From positions 64,001 to 128,000 of the IMG/VR virus record IMGVR_UViG_3300050821_009780: a stretch of DNA of 64,000 bases; one strand, written 5' to 3'. The stretch comes from a virus. Below are positions 62,272 through 64,000 of this stretch, one piece after another; position 1 is the stretch's first letter, and each line of letters starts with the position of its first letter. A program made the translations under genes and the position numbers. Below the pieces are notes generated by a model. It ran no database searches, was not told the DNA's origin, and was given only the letters and a program-made list of their open reading frames with translations.

Positions 62272-62462
62272 GGGTCGGGCACCGCCCGGACCGGAGAGGT
62301 CAGGTCGGCCGTGAGGGCCTGCTCGCGGGCCAGCACGCCCCTCATGATCAGGTAACCGCCCGGCCGGTGACGGGCCAGGTACGTGAAAAGCGCAGCGTCC
62401 AGAGACGGGGGCACGGGCACCGACGGGTCCAGGGGGTCAGGAGGCGACTGACTGGCGGGCAT
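62268..62462 (-). CDS. Hypothetical protein
   Basis: 64-aa coupled ORF. Confidence 0.4.
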   Translation of the reverse strand: MPASQSPPDPLDPSVPVPPSLDAALFTYLARHRPGGYLIMRGVLAREQALTADLTSPVRAVPDP

Positions 62463-62691
62463 CTGCTTCCGCCTCCCGGAAACGGATCATGGCCTGGATC
62501 TCGGATTCCCGCACGATGCCGACCGGGCGGTGCCCGATGCGGCGCGCGGTGGTCAGCTTCCCCTCCTGCGCCATCTGCCGGATGCGCTCGCCGGTCAAGC
62601 CGAGGGCGTCCGCCGCCTCGCCGAAGGTGAGCCACCCGGCCAGCTCCGGCAGATCCTTCAAGCTGGCGAACTTCAGTATCTTGACCTTCAC
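62437..62691 (-). CDS. Excisionase/MerR-like HTH DNA-binding protein
   Basis: WLTFGEAADALGLTGERIRQMAQEGKL...RRIG. Confidence 0.8.
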   Translation of the reverse strand: MKVKILKFASLKDLPELAGWLTFGEAADALGLTGERIRQMAQEGKLTTARRIGHRPVGIVRESEIQAMIRFREAEADARQSVAS

Positions 62692-62757
62692 GCTTATCCC
62701 AGTCCTCCCGTTAGCACACAGTGCGGCCCCGGCTCCAAGGATACCGGGACGCTTGGT

Positions 62758-63288
62758 TTAAGACAAGTAAGGACGCAGGGCGGTCTTGCACGCCTGCAGC
62801 CAGGTAGTGCAGTCCTGCCCGGTCTGGACCAGGTGCAACAGTCCGAGGCAGCGGGCCAGCCGATCGCTGACGGCATCGCCATACTGCCGCTCATCCCAGT
62901 CCGGGCAGGTCGCCCGGCACCAGGTCACCAGGGCCTTGGCGAGGGCCTCCCGGTCCGGCTCCGGGACGCGGGAGACTTCCTCCCACAGGTGCGCGTAGTC
63001 GGCCGGCTTCCACCCGTACCGCTGCAGCGCCTTCGCGGCGGCATCCTCCGGGTCCACCTCCCAGGCGGCGGCAAGCAGCGAGGTGACGGTGAGGTACCGC
63101 TGCTCGGCGAAGCAGTAACCGTGGTCGCGGTAGACCCGCAGCGACGGCTCGGCCCCGCCGTCGTCGTGCTCCTGCGGGAACGGGCAGTAGCACTTGGACC
63201 GGCCCCCGGAATCCACCCCGGCCCAGGAGGCGGCGAGCGGGAACGGGACCACCTCGTTCGCAGCGGCGGCCAGGCTGCGCTTCTTCAC
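62758..63288 (-). CDS. Primase Zn-binding (CHC2-like) domain protein without TOPRIM
   Basis: CPFPQEHDD...PSLRVY...YCFA; adjacent to the helicase. Confidence 0.65.
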   Translation of the reverse strand: MKKRSLAAAANEVVPFPLAASWAGVDSGGRSKCYCPFPQEHDDGGAEPSLRVYRDHGYCFAEQRYLTVTSLLAAAWEVDPEDAAAKALQRYGWKPADYAHLWEEVSRVPEPDREALAKALVTWCRATCPDWDERQYGDAVSDRLARCLGLLHLVQTGQDCTTWLQACKTALRPYLS

Positions 63289-64000
63289 TCTTCCTCATCC
63301 AGCAGCGGGTTGACCTGCTCCGCGCCATCGCGGACCTGAAAGTAGCTGTTGGCGAAGTCGGCCATCATGTCTATCTTGACGTACCGCTCCCCCTCCCGGT
63401 TCTTCAGCACCTCCAGCTTGACGGGCACGTTCCGGCCGCGGGTGTCATCGTTCTCCGGCTCCTGCAGCGAGCAGACGATGTCCGGGGTGTTGGCAGCCTC
63501 GGCGCTCTCCGACAGGTCGGCCAGGCTGTACCCGCCGCGCTCGCGGGCCCCGCGCCGACCCTCCCGGCTGACCTGCCAGGGGGAGATGACCGGGATGCCG
63601 CGCCCGTCGTTGAAGGTGACCGCGAGCTGCCCGGTGTCCTTCAGGATCATGCCCAGCTCCTCGCGGAGGTCCTTGCGGTGCCGGTCGGGCCGGGCCAGGC
63701 CCAGGTAGTCGATGATGCACAGGTCGGGGGAGAACTGCCGAGCGACGGCGTTCAGCCGGGACTCGATGAACGCCACGGTGAACCCGCGCGGCACCTGCAC
63801 GATGTAGGCGTGCCCCTCGGCGCGCTCGTAGTCCTCGGTGACCGCGCGGAACGCGGCGTACTCGGCGGAGGTCAGCGCGCCATCCCGGATGTCGCGGGTG
63901 TTCAGCCCGGCCCGCAGCCCGAACTGCGGCTTGCGGGAGTGGCGCCCCAGGATGCGGATGAGCATGTTATCGCGGGTGGTCTCGCTGGCGAACAGCACCA
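63285..64000 (-). CDS. dnaB: DnaB-like replicative helicase (C-terminal part; truncated by the window edge)
   Basis: LFASET, CIIDYLGL, ISPWQVSR, DLSES, PDIV, VLKNREG. Confidence 0.85.
   Translation of the reverse strand, partial: VLFASETTRDNMLIRILGRHSRKPQFGLRAGLNTRDIRDGALTSAEYAAFRAVTEDYERAEGHAYIVQVPRGFTVAFIESRLNAVARQFSPDLCIIDYLGLARPDRHRKDLREELGMILKDTGQLAVTFNDGRGIPVISPWQVSREGRRGARERGGYSLADLSESAEAANTPDIVCSLQEPENDDTRGRNVPVKLEVLKNREGERYVKIDMMADFANSYFQVRDGAEQVNPLLDEEE

Noticed and set aside
1-64000. tRNA, tmRNA or rRNA genes
   Set aside because: Intergenic gaps are short and I saw no cloverleaf with T-loop and acceptor stem; tRNAscan/ARAGORN would be needed to exclude them formally.

Overview
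A 64-kb segment of a large, very GC-rich tailed phage genome, probably infecting an actinomycete (actinobacterial-type promoters, cold-shock protein and TIGR03960-like radical SAM gene). Essentially all real genes are on the minus strand, tightly packed with overlapping stop/start codons; the long plus-strand ORFs are antisense shadows. Reading in the direction of transcription (right to left): (1) a replication/recombination block: DnaB helicase (partial), primase Zn-finger, sigma-like protein, HolB, HolA, family-A DNA polymerase, gp32-like SSB, Holliday junction resolvase, RecA, DUF932-like protein, split SbcC plus SbcD, endolysin, Cas4-like nuclease, beta clamp, cold-shock protein, intein-containing radical SAM enzyme, split C5 methyltransferase and DnaX; (2) an eight-gene glycan-tailoring cluster; (3) a packaging/head block: probable internal head proteins, terminase large subunit, portal, zeta-kinase/GNAT polyvalent protein, MuF and a 2797-aa polyvalent protein; (4) small accessory genes. 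Most notable: an ~80-aa domain shared between the sigma-like protein and (twice) the giant virion-type protein; six dispersed TTGAC promoters carrying a conserved palindrome; a PolA with a DnaE-like C-terminal domain encoded with a complete bacterial-type clamp and clamp loader; shared N-terminal motifs on the putative ejected proteins; and a Pro-initiated class 3 intein interrupting the radical SAM CxxxCxxC motif. All assignments are from motif recognition by eye; no database searches were run.
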